From Oscillospiraceae bacterium (GTDB taxonomy: Bacteria; Bacillota; Clostridia; Oscillospirales; Oscillospiraceae), in contig JAJBVW010000084.1 in NCBI GenBank assembly GCA_020866945.1, positions 1-34,987 of the forward strand: a stretch of 34,987 nt of DNA. The letters run 5' to 3'. A program made the position numbers and the translations under genes. The notes beneath the pieces are model-generated. The model was not told the origin of the DNA. It ran no database searches and was given only the letters and a program-made list of their open reading frames with translations. Below, piece by piece: positions 33,157-34,987 of this stretch. The first letter of the stretch is position 1, and every line of letters begins with the position of its first letter.

Positions 33157-34987
33157 ATGAAAAAGCAAATTTTTGCACTGCTGCTGGCGCTGGTTCTCTG
33201 CCTGTCCCTGCTCCCCGCCGGCGTGCTGGCAGCGGATGAGACAGCTGACGTATCCGAGAGCAGTGAAGCAGCGAGCGACGAAAATTCCGCAGCCGTTGCC
33301 AGCGAAACAGAAACTGTGGCGGATACAGCGGAGGAAGCTGATACCATAGAGCAAAGCAGCGAGAGCGTAATGCTTGCCAGCGCTGCCGCCGATGATTCGG
33401 CTGTGGAGCCTGTGATTTCGCCAATAACCGGCGACTTGGACTCCATCTATCTGATGACCGGATGGGACACCATGTCGAACTATTTCGACCTGGGCGAGAA
33501 CGCGTTTGAATCCCTGGTCTACACCACGGTCGATTCCTATATTTACTATAACGCCGGGTCCTCCTTCGACGGCTATCTGATTGATGCCAGCAATATTTAT
33601 GCAGGCTATCAAATCCCTTATGAACTGTTCATGGAGCAGGTAGATGCCATGTTCGTGACCTACAGCGACATGAAGGATTTTCTCACCCAGCAGGGCGTAT
33701 ATGACGCGGTCTCGGACACCGTGACCATCCAATACTACGGCGGCGTGGGCGACACCAGGACATGGGATGCCTTCACCACCTATGAGGACGAGGATTACCT
33801 CTATGTCCAGGGCATTTATTCCAGCGGCATATCCGAGGCCGGTGATTTTACCCTGACCGACGACATGGTGGAAAATATTGATTACTATATCAGCGAGTCT
33901 GGTGCTCACGGGGCAATCACAACGCCCATCGAGCTGGTTCTGGTTCGCTCGGGATCCGGCTATAAAATCGCCGCCTGGCGGGAGATAAGCTACTATATCA
34001 TCGACAACGTGCTGTACTATCGCATTACGTCTGATATAACGGAGTACTATTACCCCATCACCGTGAATATCAGTACTTCAACCAACGGCGAGGAGACTTC
34101 CTTGAATACAACCTTTTCCTTTGACGACAGGACTGTGGTCTCCTCGAATCCCGCCGCAACCGTGACATTTAGCAATGGGCTGAATCAATACGTCAACGGC
34201 GTCGCCTGGCGGGCAGATACTGCATCTGTAACCTTTGATATAACCGCGCCGGACGGCTATACTGTAGCCGTGACGTATTCGGACGACGTCAACACCGACA
34301 AAACAGTCACTCCTTACAGCTTCGGCACCTATGAGATATTCTCCGTCGGTGGACTGACTATTGACGTAACGCTTGAGGCAGAGGTAGTGGAAACGCCTGC
34401 CCCCTCCCCTTCCCCGACGCCTACCGCAGCTCCCTCTCCCACACCGACCGAAGCGCCCGCTGCCAGCGAGACGCAGGCGTTTGACCTCGCGGAGGTTCCT
34501 GCCGGACTTAGCTATGACACCGTGGAGGAGCTTGAAGACGCATTGACAGAGCTGGTTCTAACCGCAGCCACGGATGAGTATTCCGCCGAAAATACAGCAG
34601 TCTATAATGTTTTGATAAGCACTGACGGCGGCGACACATGGCGAGAGCCGACGGATGAGGATTTGGTGAACGGCAAAATTACCGTGACGCTCCCCTATCC
34701 TGACGGCACGAATGAAAACTATAAGTTCACCGTGGTACATATGTTCACCACCGGCGACAAGGCTGGACAGACGGAGACCCCCGTGGCAACAAACACCGCC
34801 GACGGTATCCAGGTTACGCTCACGGGCCTGTCCCCGGTAGCTATCGCCTGGACGGAGAGTACGGCAAATACAGCATCCCCCGCCGCTGCCACCACAACTG
34901 CAACCGCCACAGAGAATGCAACAGCGCCTCACACAGGGGATGATACAAACGCTTATCTCTGGCTGGCATTCGCAATCCTCTGCGCCG
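33157..34987 (+). CDS. Secreted cell-surface protein with LPXTG-like (APHTG) C-terminal sorting signal; 3' end runs off the window
   Basis: Not in the ORF track because it has no stop in the window. I translated it codon by codon from ATG 33157 (GGGAGG RBS) and it stays open to 34987. Signal peptide MKKQIFALLLALVLCLSLLPAGVLA|ADE, an acidic linker, a Tyr-rich globular region and a Pro/Thr/Ser linker (TPAPSPSPTPTAAPSPTPTEAP). It ends ...TAPHTGDDTNAYLWLAFAILCA. Confidence 0.8.
   Translation, partial: MKKQIFALLLALVLCLSLLPAGVLAADETADVSESSEAASDENSAAVASETETVADTAEEADTIEQSSESVMLASAAADDSAVEPVISPITGDLDSIYLMTGWDTMSNYFDLGENAFESLVYTTVDSYIYYNAGSSFDGYLIDASNIYAGYQIPYELFMEQVDAMFVTYSDMKDFLTQQGVYDAVSDTVTIQYYGGVGDTRTWDAFTTYEDEDYLYVQGIYSSGISEAGDFTLTDDMVENIDYYISESGAHGAITTPIELVLVRSGSGYKIAAWREISYYIIDNVLYYRITSDITEYYYPITVNISTSTNGEETSLNTTFSFDDRTVVSSNPAATVTFSNGLNQYVNGVAWRADTASVTFDITAPDGYTVAVTYSDDVNTDKTVTPYSFGTYEIFSVGGLTIDVTLEAEVVETPAPSPSPTPTAAPSPTPTEAPAASETQAFDLAEVPAGLSYDTVEELEDALTELVLTAATDEYSAENTAVYNVLISTDGGDTWREPTDEDLVNGKITVTLPYPDGTNENYKFTVVHMFTTGDKAGQTETPVATNTADGIQVTLTGLSPVAIAWTESTANTASPAAATTTATATENATAPHTGDDTNAYLWLAFAILCA

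Noticed and set aside
33046-33909. 287-aa minus-strand ORF, plus 34558..34932
   Set aside because: The plus strand carries an uninterrupted 610-codon frame with an RBS, a signal peptide and a sorting signal. The minus-strand ORFs are shadows.

Overview
High-GC Firmicutes/Clostridia-type chromosomal segment; Oscillospiraceae/Ruminococcaceae-like is only a guess. Genes are densely packed and nearly all long antisense ORFs in the track are GC-driven shadows. Housekeeping content: bifunctional pheA, pcrA, a MATE exporter, tRNA-Ala(CGC), a long Bacillus-type SRP RNA directly upstream of dnaX-ybaB, and secreted or surface proteins at both ends. Three accessory blocks stand out. (1) 2605..9835 (-) is a lipid/glycolipid operon: two GT8 glycosyltransferases, a PlsC-type acyltransferase and a ~1500-aa activase/dehydratase fusion of the plasmalogen-synthase (PlsA/PlsR-like) type. 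That last gene is broken by a 1-nt frameshift in a short homopolymer. (2) 10098..13287 holds a YolD-like/Y-family polymerase operon placed divergently to an XRE repressor/ImmA-IrrE protease pair. The control region has crossed promoters, phased CGAAC-N4-TTTC boxes and a 24-bp perfect palindrome. (3) 19228..28866 (-) is an eight-gene envelope-polymer operon and the best candidate for an undescribed system. It contains a YidC/Oxa1 insertase domain fused to a TagF-type phosphotransferase, a LicC-type cytidylyltransferase fused to a HisC/CobD-type PLP enzyme, a separate LicA/LicC pair, an amidohydrolase, a GNAT and an LtaS-type ectoenzyme. No LicD, LicB or flippase is seen in the window. Separately, pheA is preceded by a consensus promoter, an 18-codon mini-ORF with 6 Phe codons and a strong terminator, which looks like a ribosome-mediated Phe attenuator rather than a T-box. 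No CRISPR array, transposase, integrase or rRNA was seen.
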